Assembly: GCA_965153455.1 (NCBI GenBank)
Contig: OZ234493.1
Span: 4,836,001-4,900,000, forward strand
Direction of reading: 5' to 3'
DNA length: 64,000 nt
From: Sphagnum compactum
Taxonomy: Eukaryota
The translations under genes and the position numbers were made by a program. Every line of letters starts with the position of its first letter. Position 1 is the first letter of the stretch. The notes under the pieces were generated by a model that saw only the letters and a program-made list of their open reading frames with translations, was not told where the DNA came from and did no database searches. Below are positions 1 to 14,300 of the stretch, one piece after another.

Positions 1-236
1 AATATTTCACCATGCCAAAATATAATGTTCAAAACATCCTCTAGAAGGAAGCAAAATCTTTCAAGATATTTATAACTCTATAACTAGTCTCAAGTTTCAA
101 CACAAGCCAAAATATCATCTTTCAAAAATCCTCGTATCAAAATAGACCTATTACCTACGGGCCAAAATCCCTTAAACTACTATACTCTATAATGAATCTA
201 AACACAATATCCTTATCTCAGTAGGCAAACCCAACA
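1..236 (-). mobile_element. Partial copy (cut by the window edge) of the ~300-bp HINE/DINE-like non-autonomous element
   Basis: Colinear with 56857-57080 (shared cacaagccaaaatatcatctttcaaaaatc, ggccaaaatccct, ctactatactctata..gaatctaaaca) and with the reverse complement of 45333-45560. The terminal hairpin is degenerate in this copy. Confidence 0.75.
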
Positions 237-299
237 AGGGAATGTCCCTGCAACCCACAATATCACCAAATTTTGTTTGTCCACACAAAGAGGAAGAAT

Positions 300-835
300 T
301 CCCCTTGCTTGGTGTTAGTACCCATGGTACTAACTACTTGTCCATGCTGGGGTTCTCTTTCTGTGAATGGGTATGGAATAGCAAAAAGGCTATTACCATT
401 GGCCATACTAGTGGTATGGAATATTTCTATGGCAAGGAATAAGAAGGGGGGGCTTTTTGAGAATATTCCTCCTAACTAAGGGTTGCTGGACCCAGCCTGA
501 GCTTTTTTAGAATATTCTTCCTAACCAAGGGTCTTGGGATCCTTGGTTAAGAGGAATATTCTCAATAGGCATACGCTTCTTATCCCTTGTCATTACCCCA
601 AGTTCTTTTCACCCTGGCCATGAAAAATATTCCTTAAGAATCAAATAGCCCAAACTTTTGAGAATATTTTCAAAAGCCCATGGTTCCTAGGTATGAAAAA
701 TATTCTCAAAAGTTGGGTTATCTCACCTTTGATGATGGAATATTCTTATTACCATGGTCAATGGATAGGGATCTTTTAGAATATCTCAAAACATTGTCTA
801 TAGCGAATGGGAATAGCCTTTTCATTGTTCCATAG
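300..835. repeat. Foldback-like repeat with about nine GAATATTY palindromic motifs
   Basis: Arms ~374-404 (atggaatagcaaaaaggctattaccattggc) and ~803-833 (gcgaatgggaatagccttttcattgttccat) are imperfect reverse complements. A perfect 18-bp stem AACTTTTGAGAATATTTT/AAAATATTCTCAAAAGTT lies at ~653-714. Confidence 0.6.
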
Positions 836-840
836 ATGGG

Positions 841-1426
841 TTACCAGGGTAGACAAGTTGGAGACCGAACACTTAGTATACTAAAAAGCTTAAAATCTTT
901 GGAAATTCTGTCATTGCTTTTGAAGTTCAAAAACATATTGTAGACTATCACTTGATGTAGCCATAGCCATGAAGAATGATAAAAAAGGACAAGAAATGAA
1001 GAAGATACAAGGTCTTGAAGTCAAGATGATCAATGTCCAATTACTGACATGTTGAAACAATTTGTGAGTTGCAGTTTAGAATCTTTAGACATTGTTCCAC
1101 TACCTCTAGATTTCAAAGAATTTTTGCAAAACTCTAGTTGGCACATAGATTGCTCAAAATGACAAAAAATGAAAAGATATGGGGTTTAAAAGTTGGCAGA
1201 GTTTAACTTTCTTTTGCAAACAATTTGTGATTTGGATAGTTTGTCATGCCTTTTTTTCTTTTCTTTTGTAGATCCATTTCTTCTAGAGTTCAAAAAGGTA
1301 AGTTATAGACCCTTGTTTAGTAATCATAGCCATGAAAAACACTCAAAATGGATTAGAAATGAGTAAGATATGGTTGATGTTTGCCTATCAACCTATGCTC
1401 AATGGAAGGCATGTTTACCCTAGTAA
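841..1426. mobile_element. MITE-like TIR element, same family as 50844-51440
   Basis: Ends TTACCAGGGTAGACA ... TGTTTACCCTAGTAA are inverted (13/15). The interior has about three degenerate ~190-bp units. Confidence 0.6.
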
Positions 1427-4400
1427 ATGGGTAGGAGAGAAAGTGGCAATGGGTTTACGGTGACCTAGATAAGAATGATATGTGATGGAGCCAACCTTTC
1501 CCTCTTCTTTATGGAGGTGCTTGGTTGGTGTGCATTGTTTTAATTAACATTTGGTATTTTCAAAAACAAACTTGCAAAATGTCAACAAAACTTGTTTTGA
1601 TGTGAAAATTTGATCCACTTATCAATAGACTCAAGCAATTAATTGCACGAACTTTGTTAGATCATGCAGTGTATTGTGAAGGTGGTTGAAATGAATGTGG
1701 ACCAATTATTGAAAAAACATTTGGTTATTAATAACCTAATGGACGATTTTTTAAAAAAAATCTATGTGAGCAACCTAATTACTTGGTAGGAAAAATATAA
1801 AGAAGTGGCAAGACCCTTATAGCTCAGTTATTGGATTTTTACATTGGATGTTTGAAGTTAAATTCATCTAAATACATTATCAATCTTGAAATCCTAAAAC
1901 TTTAATAACCTACATGAATCTTTCATTTAAATAGGTTATCAATCTTTAAATCCTATATCATAGTTGTGCATATTTCCATGTAATCCCACAACTTTGACAA
2001 AAATACACATTGAATGAAGCTACATGTGAAGTGTGACTTCACTTTGTAACAAGCATTCAAAATTTCTAACCTTGATAATATGATACATGTTAATTCATTG
2101 TCAATTCTTCATGGATTACAAATCCATAAACTGCTACAAAGAAATGTGTGATACTCCATTCCATAACAATGGCCATTTTTTGAATAAGGCCACAAGAGAA
2201 AAACATTTGAAGAAAAAACTAAATTAACTAAATTAAACATCTTCATCATGGAGGTATCTTATTCTATTGTACACAATCCATGGATGGATCAATATGTATG
2301 AAATTTTCATTTTAGGTGATGAAATGTTAAGCTCCCACCATGTGTTTCATGAAAATCTCATTATGATCAAGTGTATCTACAAATGAGCTTATGATAATGA
2401 ACAAGCTTTGATCTTAGGGACCTTAAAATAAACCTTAAAAAAGTCATGTTGCCTTAAAATGACATAAACATTGATTCATGGCAACAAAGGTTTTCATATG
2501 GATTGCATTGAAACACACACACACATATGGCATGAGATATGACAATATGACACCACAAGATTCTTTCTTAGTACCAAGACTATAAGGGTGCTTTTGAGAA
2601 AGAAATAACAAAAACACCTTAGTTCATCATTGGCCATTTAATTGCACAATTATGTTCAAAGAAGCCCCATTTGGACCCATTTGCAATTTTTCATATAATG
2701 AATTTGTGAAACTTAGAGGGAAAAAAATGAAAAATAAATGAAAGGGTTCATTTGACATCCCAATTTGTTAGCGTATGTTGAATTTTGATCATTTTATGGT
2801 TCAATCCCAATGTGTGTTTGATTATTGTGAGTCCCATAACCTCACCATGAAAGATGAATATTTCTAGACTTCAAATTCATGGGTTTATTGACTAGTTGGG
2901 TTCTGTGAAAGTGTACACCAAAATCAATCTTGGCAATGTTTCTCGTATGTTGTGTATCCAAGAAGGTGATGCATACAAGGTTTAAACCGTTGGCTAGGAA
3001 TCTAAAATAGAAATTACATTTCAATCGTTGAAAATTTCTTTCATGGTTGCTATTTTAATAATCCACAATAACTTGTCCAAACCATATAATCTTGAAAACC
3101 CACTCTTTCTAAGTTTAGAAGTTTTGTTCTTTCACAAAGCAAAGTTAATAATATTTGTACTTTATTGTTTAGTTATTTATTTATCTTTAATATTGAAATC
3201 CTTGAAAAAAAAATTTGCATATTAAATGATAACACCTAAGTTGTTAAAGAATATGTTTTTAATCATGTCATAATGTTAGCCAATTTTGTTTAACTATTTT
3301 TTGAATTCCTTCAAAGGAAAGAGGCCCAATTTTATTTTATTTTTCCTCTATCTTTTGAATCTATATCCATTTAAGACTTTTTTTTTTTAAGTTTGTTAAT
3401 AATGTTATGCATTTAAATTTTGATTGAATGTCAATGGAACACTCAAGTGATGCGTTATTAATCAATTAGTTAGATTAGCAACAATCTTGAATTAGGGCAC
3501 ATAAACTAACCAATTTAATTGGATTTGGCCTAAATTTTTGTGGTTGTTTTATTCACAAATGTATTTATGATTTTTTGGTACTATTTTGGAAGGTTCATTT
3601 CTTGTGAACATTAATTAATTTTGAACATAATATTCAACTATTTATAGCTTAGAAATAAATGTGTATTTCATTTAAATTCCAATTTTCAATCCTTATACAT
3701 TATTATTGCTTATTTATTGAAGGATATCAACATATAGAAAATTACTTAAATATGACTATAAGTCATGCTCACTATAGAATGGGAAAAAAACTATATGGGT
3801 GCATTCACAATATTACACACCAAAAAAATCGTAACAATGTTTCTTTTACATGATTTTTAGTCATAAACTAAGTTGATGATGAAATTGATTTATATACTAT
3901 ATATGTAAAAGATTTCTAAAAAATTGTTATATAGTATTTGGATCAATTTGAAATGAATTTAATGATCATAGGGCACATGTAAATGTACTAACACATGCCA
4001 CAACAAAAGTAAATGTTTTTTTGCTGAAAAACGGGGATTTAAAGTCAAGTTGAAAGTACTACAAGGAATCCTAACCATTCCAACCCATTTGTTTGCAACT
4101 TGTGTTCAAATCAACCAATTTTGCAATTGCCAATGCAAATTTTTTTATGGCATACGGTAAAAGTGACTTGTAATCACATATTCAACTTCAAAGTGATTTA
4201 AAGTTACACATGCAATTACAACTTGTGACTAATTTGGATGAAAAAGAAGATGAAAAGTGCACTTATATCATCCATTTTTAATGGTTGGGCAAAAAAGATC
4301 AAAATATACTTGTTTTTGTCACTCAAGATGTGATTTATGGGCCATTAGACACCACATGGCATCTTATGCAACTTGAATTGCGACTATAGATCATGGTTAC

Positions 4401-4789
4401 AAATATACATGTAATTAAGTGTGAAAAAAATATGAGTTGGCAATTGAAATTGCAAGATATAATGGTTTACATTTTTTTAACTTATTAATATTCTTGAATG
4501 AACTAAGTGTTAAATGTGTAATAAGGTTTGGTAGGTTTGCGAAAATTTCATACGACCAATCAAAATGGTAGAAATGAACCATTATTTGTGGTTTCTAGCA
4601 TAATAAGGTTTTTATAGGTGTGAACATGTTTTTTTTTTAAACTTTAAAAGGGATTGTTGGATTAGTGATTTTATTTATTTTTTTAGTCATTTTGAATGAA
4701 TCTAAACAATTCATTGTAATTTCCATTTACATTAAATAGGTCTTTAACACATTACTTGTAAGTGTACTTTGTTTTGAGATGTTAATATT

Positions 4790-5040
4790 GTGCTAGAGCC
4801 AAAATGCCATTGATCCACCAAAAGATTTAGCCAAATTTGGTTAGAAGACAAAATGAAAGCAAAGTTTCTTAAACATCTTTCTATATTTTTGTTAACTAAT
4901 TGAACCATGCATAAAAATCTAATGACTTTTTAAAAAATTAGCCAAATTTTAGCTATTGAAAATCTCCCCCAAAAATGACATTACCACATTTAAATTTAAA
5001 TTTAACGAGGGGTTTTATATGTATAATAATAAAAGGTTGG
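4790..5040 (+). repeat. Copy of abundant short dispersed repeat (gatttagccaaatttggcta family)
   Basis: Aligns with copies at 30822-31095 and 58192-58450. Confidence 0.65.
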
Positions 5041-5042
5041 TT

Positions 5043-8000
5043 TTGATGATGGTTGTTTAGTGCAACAACCTCCTATTCAATTATCGCAACTAACTACACA
5101 TCTTTATTGGAATGAAAATTTTGATTTTGCATTAATGGACATTTTAAAAGATAATTGGGATTCACCATTGGAATATGTTGTTTCATTGTTCAACACTTTT
5201 TGTAATACAAATATTACTAAAAAAAATAGAAATCATATTCATACTTACCATTTATTTTTTAAACAACAGAAATGTTCCTATCAATGAGATTTTGTCTAAT
5301 TCATTCACTTTAATTGCCCTTACCATAGTTTTAAAAAGTCCCTAAATTTAAATGGAACATTCCCATCTAACTGTTGAATCTAATTTAACACAAATTATCA
5401 TTATTTTTTTATTCGACACTTTATGACAACAATATTTTTGAATTATTGGAGATTTGTCCAAATATAATTTATTATGCAAAAACATTTAAATTCATCAACA
5501 TGTTTCCAAATATTAAAAGAATCAGATCACAAATTTATGAATCGTATTATATATATATATCACAAATTTTTTTCATAAATGAAAAAGTTCAATCCTCATC
5601 TGTTCAATGCATTGTAAAAAAATTTAAAAACTGATTCCCACACAACAATTTATTGCAAAACATGATGTTCAATTAAATATAATATAAAAATGTTAATATT
5701 TAAAAAACAAAAAATTTAATATACATTGACATATATAATAATAAAATCCAAGATGTTCCCATAATTCCATGTTTTAATTGTGGAAGGTTATGTTTTTGAA
5801 AACAACTTAAATGTTTTTCACGTCAATTGTCAAAACAACTTTTTATATACTTTCAAATTCGAATAAAACCTAATTCAACATCATACATATGTACAAGTTG
5901 TTTACATAATATTAGTGAAAATAAATCACCTTTATATCAAGTATTAAATAAAATCTCAAAAAAAATTCATTTGATTAGTCCAAAAATTAACACAATTAGA
6001 AGAACATCTTATTTCATCACATCTTGCTTTTGCTCAAATTTATAAACTCCAAGGCTATGGGCAATATAAGATTCATGGTAGTGTTATTAATGCTCTTAAA
6101 AATGTGGATCAAACTTAATCAATACTACAACGTTTATCACATGATGGTGTAACAATATGTGTGTTTCTTAAATGATGTCTTGAATACAAATCACCTTATA
6201 TGTTTAAAAATGTTCATTCAAATATGGTGATGATCATTTTACAAAATTTAATTGAAACACCATTATACAAAGATTTGTATGTTACCATTCATCATCAATG
6301 GGAAAGTTTGTTTACTTTGCATATGTATTCAAAATCTCAAATTCCTATTTATAATAATGCATCCTCTAATAACTTTAATTCTAACAATGAAAAAATACAT
6401 TGTACACCAATAAATTTAATGATACATAACTTTTTTAGATGTTCCAAAAATAATGGATTATGATAATAGTATATATTTTATTGCCCCAAGTCAAAAATTT
6501 CACCCTTTAGGTTTATTTAAAAATAAACAGTCAGAAGCATTAAGTTTTTCCAACATTGTTCCACGAGTAACCTCGACAATTTTCTAAGGTTTTTCATATC
6601 ACCAAATAGTTCAATGGGAATTATTTCATAAATATGAAGATTTTTTAACAAATATTTTAAATTTTTTTCTAAAGTTATTAAAGTTTCCATCCAAAAAGTC
6701 ATAGATTCTAATTAGGTGCAAATATGAAAATGAAAATTATGTGGTAGAACATCAAAATCTTCTCAAGTACGAGATAAACCAAATTTAGATAATATCTTCA
6801 AATCATACAAAGGTTACTATGAATTGGAAAGTTTGCATAATTCAACTGAGTATCTTGAAAGCTTGAGAAAAAATTTATTTGCAATGATTTGACAACTTAG
6901 TCCTGAAACATTTTTTATCACTTTTACATCTACTGCCTTACATTAGATCTTTACACACATTACATGCTTTAGATTAAATCTCCCAAATAAAACAAAAGAC
7001 CTCCATATAGTGAAATTAATATGAATTGACCTTGTCACATGTGCAAGATATTACGATCATAAAACAATTTATTTACACAAATATTATTGCAAAATATCAT
7101 TATCTTTTTGGGTATATTTATGAGTTTTTCATCATTAAATTCTGAAATCATGGGAGCAAACATGCTGATGTACTTTTATGGATAAAAAAATGCACCTATG
7201 TATGGAGTGCACACAAATGAGGAAATTAAATGGTTTATAGACATGTATATTTCTTGTGATGTATCATTGTTACCAAACCCATTACAAAATGCACAACAAC
7301 ATCAACACACACATATATGTAAGGAAAAAAAACCATGTTGTTTGTAGATTTCATTACCCATTGCCTCCTATGCATGAAACAAAAATTTTGAAACCTCTTC
7401 AAATAAATGGGAATTATCCATTTTCACATACACAAACAAAAAAATTCAATTCAATTTTTAAAACATTTTTAAAAATGACAATGTATCATTTTTTAAATAT
7501 TTAAATTCTTTAATCCTTGATGAAAGTACATGTATATTAAATTTAAAAAATAAATTAACAAAATTGCACATTTTATTAAAATGAACTCTTAGAAACATAA
7601 AAATTAATGCATTCAATATACGTGCTACTCATTTGTGATTTGCAAATACAAATATTCAATTTTTCTTGGACCCATATGTAGTTACAACATATTGCACATC
7701 ATATATGACAAAAATAGATTAATCAATAACATCAAAACTACATTCTATCATTCAAAAATGCATCGCAAATAATATAAACGTAAATATAAGAATTCAAAAG
7801 TTAGATAATGTTTTTTTTAATGCCCAACAAATGGTTGTTCAACTTGCTACTTACCTTGTGCTTTCTTTACCATTATATCATTCATTTTGAACATTTCAAT
7901 TCATAAATATTATCCTTTTGAAGAACGAACTTTTATGTTAAAATCACGAGTTGCATTAAAGGAATTAAAACCAAATTCAACTAATATAATATGTTCATCG

Positions 8001-11000
8001 ATCATAGGCAAATATTTTAATTTTTTTCCTAGTTAGTATGAATCGTTGTCATTAGTAAAATTTAATTCTTTTTATAGCATTAAAAAAAAAAGACTTCAAA
8101 ACATCGCAAACCGAATATTATTAGGTTTATAAATTATAATAAATCTGAATGTATTGAAAATTGGTCAAATTTTTTTAAAAATTATATACACCATTTCAAA
8201 TTTCAAAAGACTCACAACTTGGAACTAGTGTAACATGGCGTGATGCATTTGTCAATAACATGATGAAAATTTTAAGATTAAATCTATTTTGAACTACCAA
8301 ATGCCATATCTAAATATAGAAAAAATGGATGATTCAATAGATTCAAAATCAAAACCATTACATTCAACTAACATTTGGATTTACAATATAGATAATGAAA
8401 TAAATGATCCATGTCCTACAATTCCTTTAACAAACATAATCAATATTAAACATTATGATTTACGATTTAACTTCGTCATTCAATAATGTAATTGATCAAA
8501 CGAAAAATCAAAATTTTTAGAAGATGAAAATTTCACAAAATCGTCATATCCATGATGATGAAAAAATTTGAATATTGTAGTTTATTTAAAAAATTAAATG
8601 AAGAACAAAGATTAATATGTGATAATGTTATGCATAGAAAACAATTGTACCTAATACACAAATATGTTTGTTTTTTACAAGGGCTACTGGAATTGGTAAA
8701 ACTTTTACATTAAAATTCATAATTCAATAATCATTACAATTATACAATAAATACATGTCTTTTGACTCAACAAAAACCAAGGTTTTATTTATGGCATCAA
8801 TAAGTCAAGTTGTTTTCAATATTGACTATTTAATAATACATTCAACATTGAACATACCTGTCCAATAATCGTAATGTAGTTTACCAAAATTATCATCAAA
8901 TTCATTTGATATGAACAATTATAACTTGTTGTGATAGATGAGATATCACTTGTTGGTGGTAGAATGTTTATTGTTATAGATAATAAGCTAAAGTCCATAA
9001 AACACATTCAAAACAATTCTTTTGGTGGTGTTGATGTTATCATGACAGGTGATTTCTATCAAGCACCCCTTGTGAAAAATAGTTAGATTTTTCAAAATGT
9101 CAAAAATATTTTCAATGCATTAACACCAAACTTTTGGCAAACACATGTCCAATTTGTTATGAACTAAATAAAATCATGTGATAATTTGATATGGTTTTTA
9201 TACAAATTTTGAAAAAAAATTGTACTACAACAAAAAACACAAAGGATGTTCAATTTATAAATTCAACTTGTAATCAATAGTTGCGCAACAATTTTATTGT
9301 TCCATATTTATTTTGTACAAATAAACTTGTGCAAAAACACAATGAAAATATGTTCATTAACACATTAGGTCCCACATTTATTTTCAAAGCAATGGACATC
9401 AACCATCAATCGTGCCCACCAACTTACAAACTTTTAAATGATCTAAGTAAAAATGCGGGTTTGCATTCTACAATTCATATATATAAAGATATGTTGGTTG
9501 AATTATGTGCTAGTAACTATGCAACATTTGATGGTTTTATGAATGGAGCTAATTGCATTTTTAAAGCATCAACAACATATTGTGAAAAAACCATCATATG
9601 GATAATGTTTTAAAATTTTAAAATTGAAACACTAACAAGAGAAAAATATAGTCATTATTATGACAAAACATTGAATCGAAATGGACACCAATTAAACCTA
9701 TCATCAAAGATACAAAAGTTGGTAAATCCCAATCATTTATCGTAACAAGGATTCAATTTTCAATTCAACTTAAAGTAGCAATCATTCATCGTTCTTAGGG
9801 ATTATCACTAGATGATTCGTTTTTAGTCCCACTAACATTAAAAAACATGGGTTAACATATACAACATTATCATGCATTCAAACAAATGAAAAATTACTTG
9901 TGTTAGCTCCTTTCCAACATGAAAATTTCTATGTGAATCCAAGTACATGTAGAAATCAATAGATCGAAAACAATTGCAACTTTGATACCATTAATTTTCG
10001 ATTTAAAAACTTATATAATTTTCATGTAATTATACAAGCCTTGGATACAATTTTTTAACGCAACATTACAAAGACATCAATCATGATCATAACCTTCAAA
10101 TTTTTCATATTTTATGTCTTATGAAAACAAAAATACACCATGCATCAACAGATATGCACAAATTTATAAATTCATCAAAGTATTCATATATTTCAATATA
10201 TGATGATCATGGGTTAATGATGATGTATGACATACACATGCATTTATATTCCTTCAATACAATAACTAGTGATGGTTCAAAATATATAGTAGCAACGTTT
10301 AATATTAATACATGAAAAGCTATACATATTTTATGTGTGTATAAAGCTTATTCATGTTCAATTTTTACATTCTTAAACAATCTTCAAACTGTAATTCAAC
10401 AATCCCCCAAACATTGTCCAATCATCATTATGGGAGTTTTTAATGTTGACATTTTAAAAGACAATAACCAAGCAAAAAATAAACAAAGATTATTATATTT
10501 CATAAATAAATTTCAATTAAAATCAAAATTTAGTGAAAGCATCACAAAAGTTGGATTTCAATTAGACCATATATGGGCAAATGTCCTTAGAAATGAATGA
10601 AAATATGGTGTAACATAAGCATATTGGTTAGATTTTCACAAACCGATTTATATTATATTCAAATTACCAAACACATTTCCAATGTATAACGAAAAACCAT
10701 TAATGTCTCCATTTATTCAAAATATAATGTTTGTGATTATATGCATGTAAATATTACATTTTCCACCTAATTAATTACTCCCAAAATGTTGGCACCTTGT
10801 GGCTTGAATTTGTATTTTTACATTGTTTTCGTGGACCATGAGCAAAAAAAAATCATAAATATCAATAACAAGACCAAAAAAATGGACAATTTTTTTATCC
10901 ACATGTACACCCATCGAACACTATAACAAAACACCTTTCATGGAAAACCTAAACCCAAAATGCAACAAATAAAAAATAAAAGAGTTGCCAAATTCTCAAA

Positions 11001-11392
11001 CTTAAAAATGAAAATGAGACTAAGAATTAAAATCTTTCTGCATAAATTATATCTATTCAATATTAATGTTTGTTTCAGACATCAAAACACCTCATGCACA
11101 ATACTAAAAAATTTCTACATTTTTAAAAATAATATAATTACTTACAACTTTATATTCATTTGTATGGTTAAAGAAAAGGCAATGCAACTATGGTTTCAAA
11201 TTTTAAATATCCACAACGAATTATAAAATGGTTTAAAAACTTTATTTTTATTATACAAATGTGAAAAAAAAATCATGGTCTTTCATAAAGCCAACAAACT
11301 TTCATCGAATATAACTTGAGTACTTCATAATAGATTATTAAATGTAATACCTTATTTTCAGGACATAGCCTCTCATGGTAGAGCCAGTTGTT
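5043..11392 (+). mobile_element. Decayed Helitron-superfamily element of Helentron type: HUH Rep + PIF1-like SF1 helicase + C-terminal AP endonuclease
   Basis: Frameshifted or stopped motifs in order: CFNCGRLCF (~5770); KF*NHGSKHADVLLWI (HUH, ~7137); CRFHYPLPP; ANTNIQFFLDPYVVTTYCTSYMTK (Y2, ~7642); FTRATGIGKTF (Walker A, ~8675); LVVIDEISLVG (Walker B, ~8925); FGGVDVIMTGDFYQAP (~9021); IHRS*GLSLD and HGLTYTTLS (~9785-9875); then PIIIMGVFNVDI, QLDHIWAN and YWLDFHKPIY (10337-10650). Termini are approximate. Confidence 0.88.
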
Positions 11393-14300
11393 AAATCAAG
11401 TCTTGTAAAAATAAAATCCTATAAATCTTGTCAACATAGTCCCAAATTCATTAAATATAGTAGCCAATCTTCTTGGCTTTTTTACTGCACCCAAATTGAG
11501 AATCAAACAAGGATGAGAGGGTAAAACTAAGGCCCAAAGGTAGGATGAATTTATGGATAATTTAAATACCATCTAGTTAACTTGTTGAAAGATTGAAAAA
11601 TACATTGAGTTGTGCATACTAATGTTGTGTGGTTGTTTGAATTTTTAAAGAATTGTTAGCTTAGTGCTGTTTTTTGGCCAAAACAATCAAAATTGAAAAC
11701 TACAAGTTCCATTTACTTATTTATTTATTTTTAACACAAATGAACGAATCCATTGCAAAGAATAAAACGGAGTCTCATTTTAAAAAATTATTACCTTAAG
11801 GAACTTGTGGTTTCATGAAGAACTAATAAAGATTTAACAATCTAATGATTTTTATTTTATTTTTAATTTTGAAATTTTTGATCACATACCATAATTGAGT
11901 CTTTAATTCTTTTTGAAAACCATGTTTATCAATCATAAGTCCCACCCTAAAAACTATTGAAGGTGTGTTCTTATTTTCAATAACTACCCAACAATGATGC
12001 ATACCTTCATTTGGGTTAGTTCATATTATCAATACGTATTACGGACCTTGAAATGTTAGAATTCCAGATGTGCGAGCGGCATGCTAAAAGTACAAGGGCA
12101 CTATTGTTTGTTGCAATGTAGTGCTATGGTGTACACATCAAGTTGAAATCAAGATTTTCAAAATTGTCTCTTAGAGTTACATTAAACAATTGTTTTAAAT
12201 GTTCTAATCTAGATCCCAAATACCTATCGTGGGAAAACCCTTCATTCAATAGATGCCATAAAAAATTTAGTCAATTTCCCCTTTTGTTCACATAAACATT
12301 CCTTAGACATACCTAAAACAAAATTTAACAGGTTATCAAGTGTTGGGGAGATGTTTGAGATTTTTTTTTCCAAACCATGCCTTTAGAAATGTTATGACAT
12401 GTGTCGCTCTTGTGAAATGCATACCATTCCTTGTCATCATCACCCATAGTCCCAACCTTTTCTCCACCTTTCAAATTTCAATCCTCACCTTGAGATTTTT
12501 CTCGTGTCCAATTTTACACATTTCAAAATGCCTTTAACCTCTTGATGTCATGTATGTAACAACTAAAGTAATTGATCTCAATGTTCTTCAAGTTCAAGCA
12601 ACTCATAACAAGAGCCCAAAAAAGTTGCATCATCACAACCATGTTTTGGACCCCTATGTAGTTCTTACTTTCTCTCCTTTGTTTTGGAGTATCATACAAA
12701 ATTATCATTAAACCCTAATAATAGTTGGAGCACATTTGCTATCCCAAACATTATCACATGGCTATCTTCTCATAAATCCTTGGTTTTCAACCAATGTTAC
12801 ATCATGAAATTTTGTTTCAAAACTTTGAAATTATTACCCTTGGCCATCCCAATTCCTCTAACATCATGTCGTTCTTTCAGTTGGCAATTCTTCAAGTAGT
12901 AGATCTAACATTGGGCTTTTTTTTCAAAGAATTAGTTTTAAAATCATCCTAGTTTTGAACTAGATTCTAATACATATTTTAAAAGCCATTCACACATGGG
13001 GGCAATGGCAATGGTAGCATAGTGAGGCAATTGATAAGTGTTGTTCAAACTACAATATGACTAGTTAGCAAGTAGCTTATATGACAGGCCTATGTGACAT
13101 GTTATTAACATGGCTATCAACAAATGGTAAGTTATTGATAGTCTAATATCACAAATGATTAAATTTTCATATTTTGAAAAAAATTGTGCTTATCACTAAC
13201 GACAACTTACCACCATTATCCCTAGGTTCATAATATAATCTTCAAACTCCATTAGACTAAGACCATAAAAACCTTCGCATTCATAATAACGTCACAACAA
13301 CAAAAAAACATGAAGCTTTTCACATGTCATAGCAAGAAAAAGACCTTATTACATCATCTTGCATGACTTTTCATGTTGTCCTACATAGCTTATTGCATCG
13401 TGTAGGGTTCAATTAATCTTGATTACAAATAAACATGTCATGGATCCCTACATGTGATGTAATACTATCAAATGTAAGAAGGAGAGCCGAAACTAACATA
13501 GGCAAAGGATCATAAAAAGGAATGAATAACATAGCACATTAAATGCACAAAATTAAAAGAACATCAAAATGTTGGGGTTCATCAAGCATAAACACCTTGA
13601 GCATGCAACTCAAAAGGAATTGATTGATCCAAGGTGCACATGGTACCTACTACATAGAATTAATTTCAAAAACTAGTCCGCAACAAAGTCACAAGAAATG
13701 GCAAGATGTGTAAAGGTGAGTGTAATCCATTCAATTCAAATTACATAAAGTTTTCTAATACCACAAGGGGTCCAAACATCACACATCCTTTTAGAAATTG
13801 ATGATAGATGAGTGCAAAAGGCTTCATTTACTTCAATAATTCAATATGAAATAATTATATGAAGCAATAAAAGCATTTCACGGGGAGTGCATCATCAACC
13901 CACCATTGCACGTGAAAGATTTGTAGGTTGAAGGTGATGAAAATTATGAAACAACAACATTTGTAATTGAAGGTGATATGGGGAAAAAATAAATTTGTGC
14001 AACAATGTTCATTCACATTAAATCATCTTGGTTAGGATTATATACCAAATGAAATTACAACTCCAATTGAACAATCTTGGGTGAATGTCATCCACCTAGA
14101 TGAATTCATTTATCACAATCTTAGACCTAGACGTCAAATATTCTAGGACTTAGATGTTACCATTTTATGTTTAATCTTTTGGATGCTCTAAGCATGTGTG
14201 TTGTGCAATCACAAGGTCCCCCAATAATTCTAGTTGCACCGGTAGCACATGAATCCAACATAAGCATTCAAACATTTTTCACTAGTAATAAATGCAACAA

